A stretch of DNA of 64,000 nt from an uncultured virus (IMG/VR IMGVR_UViG_2924862757_000006) (IMGVR_UViG_2924862757_000006); one strand, 5' to 3'; numbered from the stretch's first letter, positions 47,094-58,214 are shown. Notes: generated by a model from the letters alone, not told the origin. Made by a program: numbers and translations.

Positions 47094-49085
47094 ATGCTTT
47101 GTAAATATGTACTTACAGTTGATAGTATTTCCTATGATATTCCCAAATCTTGTATTCAGAATTGGGATGAAATAAAGTTTTCCCGTAAACGCTCCGGACT
47201 TGAAGGAATAACTAGAACCTTTACTTCAAAATTCCAGTTTGTGGGAGAAGCCTATGATCTCATATTGGAGGAGTATTTGAGCAAATACCTGGCTTCTAAT
47301 GCTAGTATCACTGTTTATACTATAACTAATTCTCATACTTATGAAGAATTCTTCAGTTGCCGACTGGATTTCGGTTCATTGACCTATGATGGAAATGCTG
47401 TTTCTATTAATTCGATAGATGATAGTGTCGCTAATATCATAAAGGCTAACAAAGGAACGCAGTACGAATATTCGGTAGATGAGATAAAAGATGTATATCA
47501 GCTTTATTATGATTCTGTAAGTATGAATTATAGTCAACCGCATACATTAGGTGGTAATACTGTAGAAAATGATGCTTCTTTGCAATATATTGTAATTGAC
47601 AAAGGAATATATGTAGAAGCTATAACATATTCGCTTCCCTTATATATTTCTGGTGGTGAACTTCCGTCACGGGATTCACCTCTTGAGTTTTATGATGCAC
47701 CACAAGAATCGAAAGATGATCCAAATGTATTTGTTAAAGCCTTGTCCGACATTGATATAGTATTGAATTTTAGTTTTGAATACTATATCAGTTATAGTGA
47801 TGCGTATACAACTAAAGCTGAAATTGTTCTAGGTGGGCGTTACGAAGATGGTCGTTTAGTCGAGTTGAAAAGATGGGGGTATAATAAGGGGGATGTTACT
47901 CCAAGTAATCTGAATGAATCCATCAAGATTCATCTGACTAAAGGGCAGGCTTTATTTTTTGATTTGAAGGTAACATTTAACAGAGTTAATGCTTCTACTG
48001 GCAATATTTATTTTCGTAATTTCAAATTTGAGACACGCTTTACTTCTCGAGCTAACCCTATCTATGTGGATGCAATAAGACCTATTGATGTGTTAAACCG
48101 ATTGCTTAAAAGCATGAATGGTGGAAATGAAGGTATCTATGGTGAAATAGCTTCAGGTGTTGATGAAAGGTTAGATAATTGCGTGATATTAGCTGCTGAA
48201 AGTATCCGTGGAATCCCCCAAGCTAAGCTATATACTTCTTATACAAAGTTTAAAAACTGGATGGAAACAGTTTTTGGCTTTGTGCCTGTGATCAATGGTG
48301 TCACTGTTTTTTTTAAACACCGGGACAAATTGTTTAGTGATAACAATGTAAAGGATTTAAATAGCAGCTTTTCTAGTTTTGAGTATAAGGTTGATTCATC
48401 AAGAATATATTCTTTGGTTAGGGTAGGATATGATAAACAGGACTATGAAAGTATGAATGGTCGTGACGAATTCCGATTTACTACTGAATATACTACTGGC
48501 ATTGATATAACTGATAATGTATTAGAGTTGATTAGCCCTTACCGTGCTGATGTTTATGGAATTGAATTCTTATCGCAAAAGAGAGGCCAAGATACAACGG
48601 ATAGTGAAAGTGACAATGATGTGTTTTTTGTTTGTGCCAGTACTACATTACATGATAATGGCGGAGTACAAACATATAAAGAGTATAGGCTTATAAGGAG
48701 CGGTTGGGAAATAAGTGGTGTACTTGATCCTGAAACGATGTTTAATACCATGTATTGGCAAGGAGGCATATTGCAAGCAAATGCCGGCTATATTGGTATG
48801 TTCACTAAAAAACTATCTTATTCTTCTTCTGACGGTAATAGTGATGTTGTTGTCAATGGTATAGGAATGAAAGATGATTTTAACGTTGAAAGTGGTATTA
48901 TAACTTGTGGAGATGTTTCATTCACAACTTATAATGAAGATATTCCACCAACAGATGATGAAACGATTAAAATCTTAAAAGATGATCTAGTTTACGAGGG
49001 CTACATCAAAGAGGTGAGTAGTACAGTTGAGAGAAACGAGGGAGTGAAGTATGATTTATTTGTCCGTTCAATAACAAAAGCCTAG
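47094..49085 (+). CDS. Putative tail tip/baseplate hub protein
   Basis: Large beta-rich ORF in the tail module. Confidence 0.6.
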   Translation: MLCKYVLTVDSISYDIPKSCIQNWDEIKFSRKRSGLEGITRTFTSKFQFVGEAYDLILEEYLSKYLASNASITVYTITNSHTYEEFFSCRLDFGSLTYDGNAVSINSIDDSVANIIKANKGTQYEYSVDEIKDVYQLYYDSVSMNYSQPHTLGGNTVENDASLQYIVIDKGIYVEAITYSLPLYISGGELPSRDSPLEFYDAPQESKDDPNVFVKALSDIDIVLNFSFEYYISYSDAYTTKAEIVLGGRYEDGRLVELKRWGYNKGDVTPSNLNESIKIHLTKGQALFFDLKVTFNRVNASTGNIYFRNFKFETRFTSRANPIYVDAIRPIDVLNRLLKSMNGGNEGIYGEIASGVDERLDNCVILAAESIRGIPQAKLYTSYTKFKNWMETVFGFVPVINGVTVFFKHRDKLFSDNNVKDLNSSFSSFEYKVDSSRIYSLVRVGYDKQDYESMNGRDEFRFTTEYTTGIDITDNVLELISPYRADVYGIEFLSQKRGQDTTDSESDNDVFFVCASTTLHDNGGVQTYKEYRLIRSGWEISGVLDPETMFNTMYWQGGILQANAGYIGMFTKKLSYSSSDGNSDVVVNGIGMKDDFNVESGIITCGDVSFTTYNEDIPPTDDETIKILKDDLVYEGYIKEVSSTVERNEGVKYDLFVRSITKA

Positions 49086-49089
49086 AAAT

Positions 49090-50403
49090 ATGATTATAAG
49101 CCCGTTTACCCCACTGTTTTTTTCTCCGTCTACCGATAAATTTGGAGCGAAGAGTAAATATGTGCAATTATTCGCACGTACAGACAGGATTTTTGTTGAA
49201 TTGATTTTGACAGCCAAAGAGCAGGAGCCTATAGTTTACATTAATAATCTTTTAAGTAATATATCTACACCTGTATCATTAAGCTCATGGAAGATGAATG
49301 ATGATAAGATTCTTTATTTCTATAACATTTCATTGCTTCCATGTGGATACTATACTGTAACAGTTAATGGGAATACGAGTGAGATTTTTAAAGTTACGGA
49401 CGATGAATGTGAGTTATCAGAAACCAGCCTTATTCAGTATTCAATGAAAGATAATAAGCAGCGTCTTGATGCTGTCTGGTGGATAGATGGGATGCAATAC
49501 TTTTTTGATTTTCGCGTTCCTGGTGGTTTCAAAGATAACGGATGGACGTTCGGTGTGGATAATGAGCAGTTCGTGACCTCTGATGAGGATATTGTTGAGC
49601 TATTCAGCCACGAATATACAACAGTATTATTCACGCTTGGAAATGGGATGGGATGCCCTGTGTGGTTTGCTGAATTATTGAATCGTGTCTTATGCTGTAA
49701 TTACGTCTACTTTGATGGTGTTCGATATACCAGAAAGGAAAGTAATGTTCCAGAACTTAACCAGCAAATAGAGGGATTGAAGAGTTTTGTGTTCAATCAA
49801 ATGTTACAGAAGGTAAGAACGATGAATCCAGTTTTGGAATGGAATAACCAGCTTGCTATGAGGTGTGTACAAAGCGGGGCTTATAGGATAGCAGATGATG
49901 AAGGAATACGTAGTATCAAGTATGGTTCAGAAAGTGAGGTTGCAGAGGTCGGAGCATATATCAATATGACTAAGGCTATTCCTAATACTGGAGTTTCTAT
50001 TAATAGTGATACTATGGTTACTGTCAACAGTATTCATCACCCAGGTGTTGATGAAAATTCATATTGGGATTTGATTGCAATCAAGACGACTGACATAGAT
50101 AACAAGTATATTGGTAGAAGAGGTTACGGTAAACTTACAGTTAATGGACTGGATAGACTAAAGAACGATTTGGACAACGGTTCGATAAATTTGCGTGCTG
50201 TACTATATAAAGGAGATTCGTATACTAACCTCATTGAAGGGAGTGTAATCAGTAGGGATGGTGTATGTGTCTTGAAAGGTATTAACGGTGGAGATATTGG
50301 TGCTCTGAAGGAGTTCCAACTTTATCTTGATAATGTCTATGATTGCGACATAGATAATCTTGGTATGACCATTGAGCTTGTATGGGTATATGAAAATGAT
50401 TAA
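49090..50403 (+). CDS. Putative minor tail protein
   Basis: Position and composition. Confidence 0.6.
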   Translation: MIISPFTPLFFSPSTDKFGAKSKYVQLFARTDRIFVELILTAKEQEPIVYINNLLSNISTPVSLSSWKMNDDKILYFYNISLLPCGYYTVTVNGNTSEIFKVTDDECELSETSLIQYSMKDNKQRLDAVWWIDGMQYFFDFRVPGGFKDNGWTFGVDNEQFVTSDEDIVELFSHEYTTVLFTLGNGMGCPVWFAELLNRVLCCNYVYFDGVRYTRKESNVPELNQQIEGLKSFVFNQMLQKVRTMNPVLEWNNQLAMRCVQSGAYRIADDEGIRSIKYGSESEVAEVGAYINMTKAIPNTGVSINSDTMVTVNSIHHPGVDENSYWDLIAIKTTDIDNKYIGRRGYGKLTVNGLDRLKNDLDNGSINLRAVLYKGDSYTNLIEGSVISRDGVCVLKGINGGDIGALKEFQLYLDNVYDCDIDNLGMTIELVWVYEND

Positions 50404-50414
50404 AAAAGAGAATT

Positions 50415-53400
50415 ATGACAGAAACAGAAAAACAACAGATTATTAGCCTTGTGTTACAAGCGTTGAAGACAAACAGTCTTACAATAGAGCAACTGACTGA
50501 TACAACAGAGCTATCCAAAGATATGTACGTTGAAGTTAGTGGCGGTCGGAAAATATCTATTGATTTACTTTCAAGTACCATTGCTAAAATGGTGAATGGG
50601 GATTTTGATGCATTAGTGGAGAATGTCAATAAGATTGCAAAAGATTTATCGGATGGAGACGCCGAGTTATTGAAACGTATAACAGGAGTGTCTGATAAAT
50701 CCAATCCTTTGACTGACCCATTTAAAAGTATTGGCTCTTTTACTACTATTGGTAGCTTTAAAGATAAATTAAAAACGATGTATTCCGGGGATTCTTCTAT
50801 TGGGAATTATCGGTGTATTTTGTCTGTTGATTTGTCTAAGATTCCTGTAAATATACAAATTGAACGGTTGGAGCTTGATAAGGTTTGTCAATCATTCACT
50901 TCGTGTATACAACTGGCTACCATGTCAGACAATGCCGAAGGTGTATATTTAGGTACAGTTTGTACAATCTCACGAATAGGTATTGTTTCCAATGAGAGTG
51001 TTACATGGGGCAAATGGACCTCTGTAATAAATGACTTTGAGGAAAGGATAGGAAAAGCGAACGGTATCGCTCCTTTGAACGAAGAAAGTAAAGTTCCTTC
51101 TGAATGTCTGCCTGAACCGTTGTCTCTTGGGGAAGGTGAAGAAGAAGCTTTCCCCGGCAACCGTGGAAAGTCTTTGGAAGATACAATGAAAAATATCCCT
51201 TCCGATATAATCAAACCGGGTTCTTTCTCCGTCCTGTCTGACGCTTCCTATCTCAATGTGTATTTTAAGAAAGTGTCCAAAACAACCGGTAAAGAAACGG
51301 ACGACAGCTTCCGTCTGCCTTCTGCTACCCTTGAACAAGCCGGCCTTTTGTCCGCCGAGGATAAGCAAGCCCTTGAGGATATGAAGAGCGGCACGCCCGC
51401 CGACGATGTAACACACCCCATCGTCATTGTTGATGAGATCCGCCCTCTGAAAGATGGCCACTATACCCTTGAAACCGCTATTGCCGCCATTGTCTCCTAT
51501 CAACAGGAATCTGGCGTCAAATATGAGCGAACGGGTCTCATCATTACTTACAAAACAGGCGAGTATGAAATGGAAACCCGGCAGTTCCAGGGTGCTGTGT
51601 CCGATTTTGCGACCCCTTCTCTTTGGAAACCCTTCGGGAATGGTGGTGGCGGTTCCGTTGTTGAAACTTCCGATGAACCGGCAGAAGGGGGAAAGGATGC
51701 CTTTTCAACTGGTGGCGCCTATGCCTATGTTCCGGCCAACCTCGACGTAAACGTGGAAACAGAAGGCATCGTAAAACTTCAGATGAAGAACGCTGCTGGT
51801 GAAACCCTTGGTGATGAAGTGCAGTTCGCTATCGGCACGGGTGGCGGCGGTCAAACTGGCGGTACCATTGTTGCCATTGCTTTCCAGTCGACACCTGTCT
51901 ATGGCTCTTACGGCTCCACGCTACGAACCTTTGCCGCCATTCGTTCCGTGACCTCGAACGGTGTCGAATCCTCTGACAACCTGATTGAGAAACTGGAACT
52001 CGTAGACCGTGAAAGCGGGCTTACCGTCTGGACTGAAACCGTCAACAAAGCATCTTCCGGTGACATGAAGGACTTCTCCTTTGAACTGGACTTCACCGCA
52101 TACTTTACGGCTGCCGGTACTCGGAAATTCAAGCTGATAGCCACTGACGAAAGCGGCAATACCGGTTCCAAGAATGTCAATGTAACAGCTGTTGATATTA
52201 CCTGTACCTGTGTGCAGGTGCTCAACTATACCCCTGAAACTCTGCTTACTCCGACAACTGAAAGTTTCAGCCTTCCACTCTATAAGTTCGGAAACAACAC
52301 CTCTGATAAAGGTATCAGTGCCCAGGTTGACATCAAGATTAATGGTGAATGGCAATCCCTGTCTACCACCGTTGTAAATGACAACTACTCGCACTCCGTT
52401 GTAATCCGCCCTGCTTCCCTCGGCCTAGAACACGGTACCTATCCCTTGCGCATCCAAGGAATGGATGTCGCATCCGGAGTGAAAGGAAATGTCATCTACA
52501 CGGCTGTCATGGTAATTGACCCGAATAGTTCCACACCTCTTGTCGCCTTGAGATACGATGATAAAAACGGTGGAGTAGTCCGACTGTACGAAACCGTAGA
52601 ACTTGATGTTGCCTGTTATGACCCGTTGGAAATGACTTCACCCGTCAGCGTGAAAGCCAATAACGTGCAGGTAACACAAATTGCTGCCAGTCGTAACAAA
52701 ACCTATCAGGTCAAACAGCAACTGCAGGGCTACAAGGCTGACGGCACCGATACGGTCAACTATACTGCCGTATGCAAGGACGTGACTAGCGAACCTGTCC
52801 GGGTGACAGTTAGCGGTTCCGCCATTGACGCCGCCATAAAAGAAGGCGCCATCTATAACTTTGACTTCTCATCCCGTACCAATCAGGAAACTGACCATAG
52901 CATTGTCAGCGGTAATTATGAAATGAAAGTGGACGGTGCCAACTGGACTACCAACGGTTTTGGCACATTCTTGGGTGAGAACTGCCTTCGCGTAGCCGAG
53001 AATGTGGGCGTGTCATTAAACCATGCCCCGTTTGCCGGCTCGTCCATCGAATCCAACGGTGCCGCCATCCAGTTCGCTTTCGCTTCCAAGAACGTGACCG
53101 ATGATGATGCCCTGCTCCTTAGCTGCTATGACGAAACGTCCGGTGCCGGCTTCTATGTCACCGGCCGGGTGGTCGGCATCTTCTGTAACAATGGCGTTTC
53201 CCGTCGTGAAGAACGCGCCTATCGACAGGGTGAAAAGATAACCGTAGCCGTGGTTGTTGAACCTGCAAGCAACTACGTTGAACGTGACGGTACACGATAT
53301 TCTATGATGAAACTCTTCCTCAACGGTGAGGAAGTCGCCTGCCTTGGTTATGTTCCGGGCGGCGGCTCCCTGATTCAGACCAAATATATAACGATGGACG

Positions 53401-56400
53401 GCAGGCTGGGTGATTTGTACCTTTATTACATGATGGCCTGGAACTCTTATATGGAATGGGCACAGGCGTTCAAGAACTACCTTGTCCGTCTGACCGATAC
53501 GGAGGTAATGGTGAAGGAATACGCCTTTGAGGACGTCCTTAAAAGCCAGACAGCCGAGGGTAGTACCCAAAGCCGCCCGTCGGCTGCCGAAATCTATTCA
53601 CGCGGTATGCCTTACATTGTCGAATGCCCCTATGAAGGCTCCGATATAGAAGCACTGGACGGCACCACTTCCACCAGTACGAAGATATACATCACGCTCT
53701 ATTACTTTGACCCCGAACGCCCGTGGCGTAACTTCAAGGCCATGAGTGTCCAAACCCGCAACCAGGGAACCACCTCTGCCAAACGCCCGGTAAAGAATAA
53801 ACGCTACTACCTCGCCAAGAGCAAAGGCAAAAACAAGGACACTCGAATCATACTACTTAATCCGGACGATACGACGGAGGAAGGACGCCGTGCAATAGCC
53901 TTGGCTGCCATCAACAAAGTACAGGTCGGTGATAATACAATCCCGGTCGATGTCATTACCGTAAAAGTCGATTACTCCGATTCCGGTAATGCGAACGACT
54001 GCGGCGCCTGTGAAATGATGAACGTTACATACCGTGCCTTAGGTGGTAACTATATGACACCTGTCCAACGTGCATTTGACGGAACATTTGACAGCGGTGA
54101 CTTGCATATCGAAGACTTGCAGATGAACCACTCTACCGCCAATCACCCGGTAGCCACCTATCGGTGTAAGGATGACAGCCTGCAAAACGTCTATTTCCAT
54201 GCCAAAGGCAACTGGAAAGAAGACAAAGGGGAACAGTTCGCCCTCGGCTTCAAAGATACCCCCGGCTATAACAAAGGTTGCCTGAATTATGGTGACTTCA
54301 TAGAGTTCTTCGGTACTCCTGACGAAACTTTAGACGCAATTGAGATACGCTTCAAACAGACTGACGGACTCGATACGGACAGCGTGTACCTGCTTTCCCT
54401 GTATTGCGGTAGTTCGTACCGGATAATGAGGTATCAGGACAGCTCATGGAAAAAGCAGTCCGGTTCCATGAAGTATGAAAACGGCAAATGGAATGTCACC
54501 GGTGACGTCCTGAATCCGGTTGAAGGTTTCGAACTTCTTAACTACCAAGGTATGGACTGGTTTCAGGGCGTCGGTTCTGTTCAGGATATGATGGCCATGA
54601 AAACGGACAAGTCCTCATGGGTTCAAAAACTCGTGGATAACGGAACTATCTCTGCTGATACCTTCCCGGCATGGACTTACTACTTTGAATCGCTTGTCGA
54701 TGATGACCAGCTCGCCATTGATTACGCTTTGGGTAAGAAAGTGCCCTATAACCTCTACCGATGGTTGCGCTTCTGTGATTCCTGCGATTACTCCAAAGGC
54801 GGGAACTGGCAAAGAACATGGAAGGAAAACCTGTATAAATACGCCTGCCCAGAAAGTGTCTTGAGTTATGACATCTTCACCGACTACCTTGCCGCCACTG
54901 ACCAACGCGCCAAGAATATGCAGCCGATGTGGTTCTTGGAAGAGTATGCTTCCGTAACAGACGGTGTGTACAGCTCCGAGGATGCCATGCGCATGTACCT
55001 GAATAAAATCTATGACTGCGATACGCTCAATAGCAAGGACAACGACGGTGGTTGCACGGTTGATGCCGAGGTGGACCCCAACCGGACGAGCGATGAAACA
55101 TTCACTAACCCTTATGCTGGCTACGGCTCCGTTCTGTTTAATAACATCTATCTCCAGCAAGTAGTGTGGACTGACTCATCCGGTACGGAACTCTCCCTGC
55201 GTACCGTTGCCGCCGCCATGCGTAACGTTCAGGCGACCATTGACGGCGTCACCCTGCACCCGTTCTCACCCGAAGGAGCTACGCATTTCTTCATTGACAA
55301 ACGGCTCAAAAAATGGCAGAAACTGGTTAGTTCTTACGATGGTGAACGGAAATACATCTCCTATACAGCCACTTCTGACGCTATCTACTTTTATGCCCTG
55401 CAAGGTCTTGGACTTACTGCCCTTCCGTCCTTCATTGAAAGACGTTGGCGTATTCGTGACGGCTATTTCCAAACCGGTGATTTCTTCAGCGGTGTAATTT
55501 CCGGGCGCGTATCTTCCAAATCAAACGCCACCATCCGGATTGTCGCTGCTAAAAACGGTTACTTCGGTGTCGGCAATGACGCTAGCGGCAACCTTTCCGA
55601 AAGCTGCTTCCTTGAAGCGGGCGAAGAATATGTATTCACCAACTTCTCACATGAGGAAGGCGCCTTGCTGTATATCTATCAGGCTGACCGCATGAAGCTG
55701 CTCGACCTGTCTGAAATCTCCCTGTCAAGTACGGTGAGCTTCTCCGCCATGCAACTTGTGGAAACCCTTATCTTGGGCTCTGACACCCATACAGAACAAT
55801 CCATCGGTTCTTACGCACCGCTTACCTCGCTGAACTGCGGCGAAATGCCCTTCCTCGTATCACTCGATATCCGGAACACACAAATCGCTACGCTCGTTAC
55901 CGACAAATGCCCACGTATCGCCCATATCAATGCGTCCGGTAGCAAACTGGAGAACATCACTCTTGCAGAGACTTCTCCGATTAATGACATCTCTCTTCCA
56001 GCAACAATGACAAGCCTCCGTTTTGTCGGTCTTCCTGAACTGACCTATACCGGTCTTTCCGCCCCGTCCGGCCTGCAAATAGAATCCATGCCGAACGTCC
56101 AACGCCTGCGTCTTGAAACGTCGCCTCAACTTGACGCCATTCAGATGCTCCGTGACGTCCTCGCTTCACAAGCGGCATCCCGTAAACTTTCCATGCTCCG
56201 TATCTCGAACATGACCCTGAAGGCTGACGGCTCCGAGCTTCTTGCCATTCTCGAATATGGAGTTGCCGGAATGGATGAGGACGGCAACAGACAGGATAAA
56301 CCGGTAGTCAACGGCACGTATGAACTGACAGTTATCCGTGAAACGGATGAAATCGAATCTCTTGAATCCGGTATCGACGGCCTTGTCATCCTTACCGTCA

Positions 56401-56588
56401 TAGATGCCTACATCGACCTGATCAACTGGTTCAATAATGAGTCTTATGGCGGGGAACCGTACTACGATAACGTAACGCTGGACAACATCAATGAAGTCCT
56501 TGAATATTATAACGGCGAAACCTACGAAGAATATCTCGAACGCTTCGCTGAAGACAATATGGATATTAATGATTTAATCAACAAGTAA
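50415..56588 (+). CDS. Giant tail fibre/adhesin (Ig-like, LamG-like, CotH-kinase-like and LRR-like segments)
   Basis: 2057 aa; GIAPLN..KVP and ATxxxAGLLSAEDK fibre motifs; QGTTS..RPVKN, DQRAKN, YDCDT; LDIRNTQI-type repeats. Confidence 0.75.
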   Translation: MTETEKQQIISLVLQALKTNSLTIEQLTDTTELSKDMYVEVSGGRKISIDLLSSTIAKMVNGDFDALVENVNKIAKDLSDGDAELLKRITGVSDKSNPLTDPFKSIGSFTTIGSFKDKLKTMYSGDSSIGNYRCILSVDLSKIPVNIQIERLELDKVCQSFTSCIQLATMSDNAEGVYLGTVCTISRIGIVSNESVTWGKWTSVINDFEERIGKANGIAPLNEESKVPSECLPEPLSLGEGEEEAFPGNRGKSLEDTMKNIPSDIIKPGSFSVLSDASYLNVYFKKVSKTTGKETDDSFRLPSATLEQAGLLSAEDKQALEDMKSGTPADDVTHPIVIVDEIRPLKDGHYTLETAIAAIVSYQQESGVKYERTGLIITYKTGEYEMETRQFQGAVSDFATPSLWKPFGNGGGGSVVETSDEPAEGGKDAFSTGGAYAYVPANLDVNVETEGIVKLQMKNAAGETLGDEVQFAIGTGGGGQTGGTIVAIAFQSTPVYGSYGSTLRTFAAIRSVTSNGVESSDNLIEKLELVDRESGLTVWTETVNKASSGDMKDFSFELDFTAYFTAAGTRKFKLIATDESGNTGSKNVNVTAVDITCTCVQVLNYTPETLLTPTTESFSLPLYKFGNNTSDKGISAQVDIKINGEWQSLSTTVVNDNYSHSVVIRPASLGLEHGTYPLRIQGMDVASGVKGNVIYTAVMVIDPNSSTPLVALRYDDKNGGVVRLYETVELDVACYDPLEMTSPVSVKANNVQVTQIAASRNKTYQVKQQLQGYKADGTDTVNYTAVCKDVTSEPVRVTVSGSAIDAAIKEGAIYNFDFSSRTNQETDHSIVSGNYEMKVDGANWTTNGFGTFLGENCLRVAENVGVSLNHAPFAGSSIESNGAAIQFAFASKNVTDDDALLLSCYDETSGAGFYVTGRVVGIFCNNGVSRREERAYRQGEKITVAVVVEPASNYVERDGTRYSMMKLFLNGEEVACLGYVPGGGSLIQTKYITMDGRLGDLYLYYMMAWNSYMEWAQAFKNYLVRLTDTEVMVKEYAFEDVLKSQTAEGSTQSRPSAAEIYSRGMPYIVECPYEGSDIEALDGTTSTSTKIYITLYYFDPERPWRNFKAMSVQTRNQGTTSAKRPVKNKRYYLAKSKGKNKDTRIILLNPDDTTEEGRRAIALAAINKVQVGDNTIPVDVITVKVDYSDSGNANDCGACEMMNVTYRALGGNYMTPVQRAFDGTFDSGDLHIEDLQMNHSTANHPVATYRCKDDSLQNVYFHAKGNWKEDKGEQFALGFKDTPGYNKGCLNYGDFIEFFGTPDETLDAIEIRFKQTDGLDTDSVYLLSLYCGSSYRIMRYQDSSWKKQSGSMKYENGKWNVTGDVLNPVEGFELLNYQGMDWFQGVGSVQDMMAMKTDKSSWVQKLVDNGTISADTFPAWTYYFESLVDDDQLAIDYALGKKVPYNLYRWLRFCDSCDYSKGGNWQRTWKENLYKYACPESVLSYDIFTDYLAATDQRAKNMQPMWFLEEYASVTDGVYSSEDAMRMYLNKIYDCDTLNSKDNDGGCTVDAEVDPNRTSDETFTNPYAGYGSVLFNNIYLQQVVWTDSSGTELSLRTVAAAMRNVQATIDGVTLHPFSPEGATHFFIDKRLKKWQKLVSSYDGERKYISYTATSDAIYFYALQGLGLTALPSFIERRWRIRDGYFQTGDFFSGVISGRVSSKSNATIRIVAAKNGYFGVGNDASGNLSESCFLEAGEEYVFTNFSHEEGALLYIYQADRMKLLDLSEISLSSTVSFSAMQLVETLILGSDTHTEQSIGSYAPLTSLNCGEMPFLVSLDIRNTQIATLVTDKCPRIAHINASGSKLENITLAETSPINDISLPATMTSLRFVGLPELTYTGLSAPSGLQIESMPNVQRLRLETSPQLDAIQMLRDVLASQAASRKLSMLRISNMTLKADGSELLAILEYGVAGMDEDGNRQDKPVVNGTYELTVIRETDEIESLESGIDGLVILTVIDAYIDLINWFNNESYGGEPYYDNVTLDNINEVLEYYNGETYEEYLERFAEDNMDINDLINK

Positions 56589-56590
56589 CT

Positions 56591-57379
56591 ATGACGAATG
56601 AACAAAGCGCAACGCTGCTTCGCTTGAATAAACAGGCACAAGTAGCAGCACTGAACGCCGTTGGATTCTCGGATATCACCGAGAATTCCCGCGCATCTGA
56701 ATTTGGACAACGTATCAAGTGGGCTGCCGGCCTGCTTGATTTGAATCTTGCCTGTAACCGCATCTCGGATAACTCCAAATGGTATTTCACCCGTGAGGAA
56801 TGGGATTCCCTCACGGTTACCAACAAACAGTTGTTTATCAAACGCGGTCTTCGTATCCGGGCACATGGACACTCCTTCGTAATTTCCGCCCAGGAGTGCT
56901 ATAATGCCGACATGACTACCACCTTCTACTGGGGCGGTCAGGGCAAAGCCATAGATGGCCTGAATCAAAAAGGACTGGGCGCCATGTATGGCTGCTTCAC
57001 GGGTGAGGAAGATACTGACCTCATTATCGCAACTCTGAAAGACCAAAATAATAGTGGTGTGATCGGTGCGCCAGCTGCCGAAGCCGCCCGTGCATACCGT
57101 GCCTACACTTTGGAAAGTGACGGTATCGAGGATGAATCTAACTGGTTCCTTCCTTCATCCGGCCAAATGCTTCTGATGTACCGCTATCGCGATAAAATCA
57201 ATGAGATGATGCGTACCTTTTGGAGTAGTGACAGTATGCTGATGACTGATAAATACTACTGGTCATCAACAATTTGGGATACTAACTCCGCCTGGGCGTT
57301 CGAACTGAATACCGGGCGTATTACGAATCAAAACAAAAATTCAAATCTTCTCCATGTGAGAGCTGTTGCTTCTGAATAG
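56591..57379 (+). CDS. C-type-lectin-fold tail protein, non-diversified paralog of the DGR target
   Basis: Aligns end to end with 57405..58214 (GAPAAEAARAY, TLESDGIED, WxLP, YWSST). Confidence 0.82.
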   Translation: MTNEQSATLLRLNKQAQVAALNAVGFSDITENSRASEFGQRIKWAAGLLDLNLACNRISDNSKWYFTREEWDSLTVTNKQLFIKRGLRIRAHGHSFVISAQECYNADMTTTFYWGGQGKAIDGLNQKGLGAMYGCFTGEEDTDLIIATLKDQNNSGVIGAPAAEAARAYRAYTLESDGIEDESNWFLPSSGQMLLMYRYRDKINEMMRTFWSSDSMLMTDKYYWSSTIWDTNSAWAFELNTGRITNQNKNSNLLHVRAVASE

Positions 57380-57404
57380 TATTAACCTAAAATTATATAA
57401 TAAA

Positions 57405-58214
57405 ATGGATAAAAATATCGCTAACGCAATGCTTATGCGCCTGAATAAACAAGACCAAGTTGCAGCTTTGCAATCAATCGGTTTTACAACCGTCAATGAA
57501 AATACCCCGGCGAGTGACATCGCCAAGTATATGCAATGGGCAGGTACGCTTCTTGACCTTTCTTTGGCTACTCTCCGAATTGAAGACGGTGAACAAGTCT
57601 TTTTCACGGCTTCCGAATGGAACTCCATGAGCGCAAATAACCGCTCCAAGTATATCCGTATTGGCATCCGACTTCGTGCCGAATGCCACCAGTTCATTAT
57701 CGCCAAAAGTGACTGCGTTGACGCAGGCGGCAACAAAACGTTCAAATGGGGTGGCTACGGAACCGACTTACGCGGCCTGAAAAACTACGGTAGTGGTAAC
57801 CAAGGACTCTATGATACCTTCGACGGCAAGGAAAATACCGATGTTATAATAGAAACCCTTGCAGGCGTCAAGGACACCCAGGGAACTGTCGGCGCCCCTG
57901 CCGCCGAAGCTGCCAGAGCCTATAAAGCCTGTACGCTTGAATCTGACGGAATTGAAGATACAACCGTGTGGAACCTGCCCGCATTGGGAGAACTTATGCT
58001 TATGGCCAAGTATAAAACCGAAATCAATGAGCTCATAACTTCTATGTTTGGTAATCAAAATATGTTTACAAACGATTGGTATTGGTCTAGTACCGAATAT
58101 GACGCTTCCAGCAGTTGGGCCGTGGGCTTCCTCGGCGGCAGCGTCAACACGTACGGCCGCCAGGGCGCGTACCGGGTTCGTCCCCTCGCCGCAATAAACA
58201 CTTTATCCCTTTAA
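57405..58214 (+). CDS. DGR target protein (CLec-fold receptor-binding protein)
   Basis: YWSSTE...W.V.F...RVRP C-terminus encoded by the VR; start moved to ATG 57405. Confidence 0.92.
   Translation: MDKNIANAMLMRLNKQDQVAALQSIGFTTVNENTPASDIAKYMQWAGTLLDLSLATLRIEDGEQVFFTASEWNSMSANNRSKYIRIGIRLRAECHQFIIAKSDCVDAGGNKTFKWGGYGTDLRGLKNYGSGNQGLYDTFDGKENTDVIIETLAGVKDTQGTVGAPAAEAARAYKACTLESDGIEDTTVWNLPALGELMLMAKYKTEINELITSMFGNQNMFTNDWYWSSTEYDASSSWAVGFLGGSVNTYGRQGAYRVRPLAAINTLSL
58104..58194 (+). repeat. DGR variable repeat (VR)
   Basis: 91-nt match to the TR with 15 mismatches, all opposite TR adenines. Confidence 0.97.

Noticed and set aside
57280..57379. Second VR in the upstream paralog
   Set aside because: Mismatches to the TR fall at many non-adenine positions.
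50282..58058. Many 60-180 aa antisense ORFs within the tail genes
   Set aside because: Shadow ORFs expected opposite long GC-richer coding sequence.
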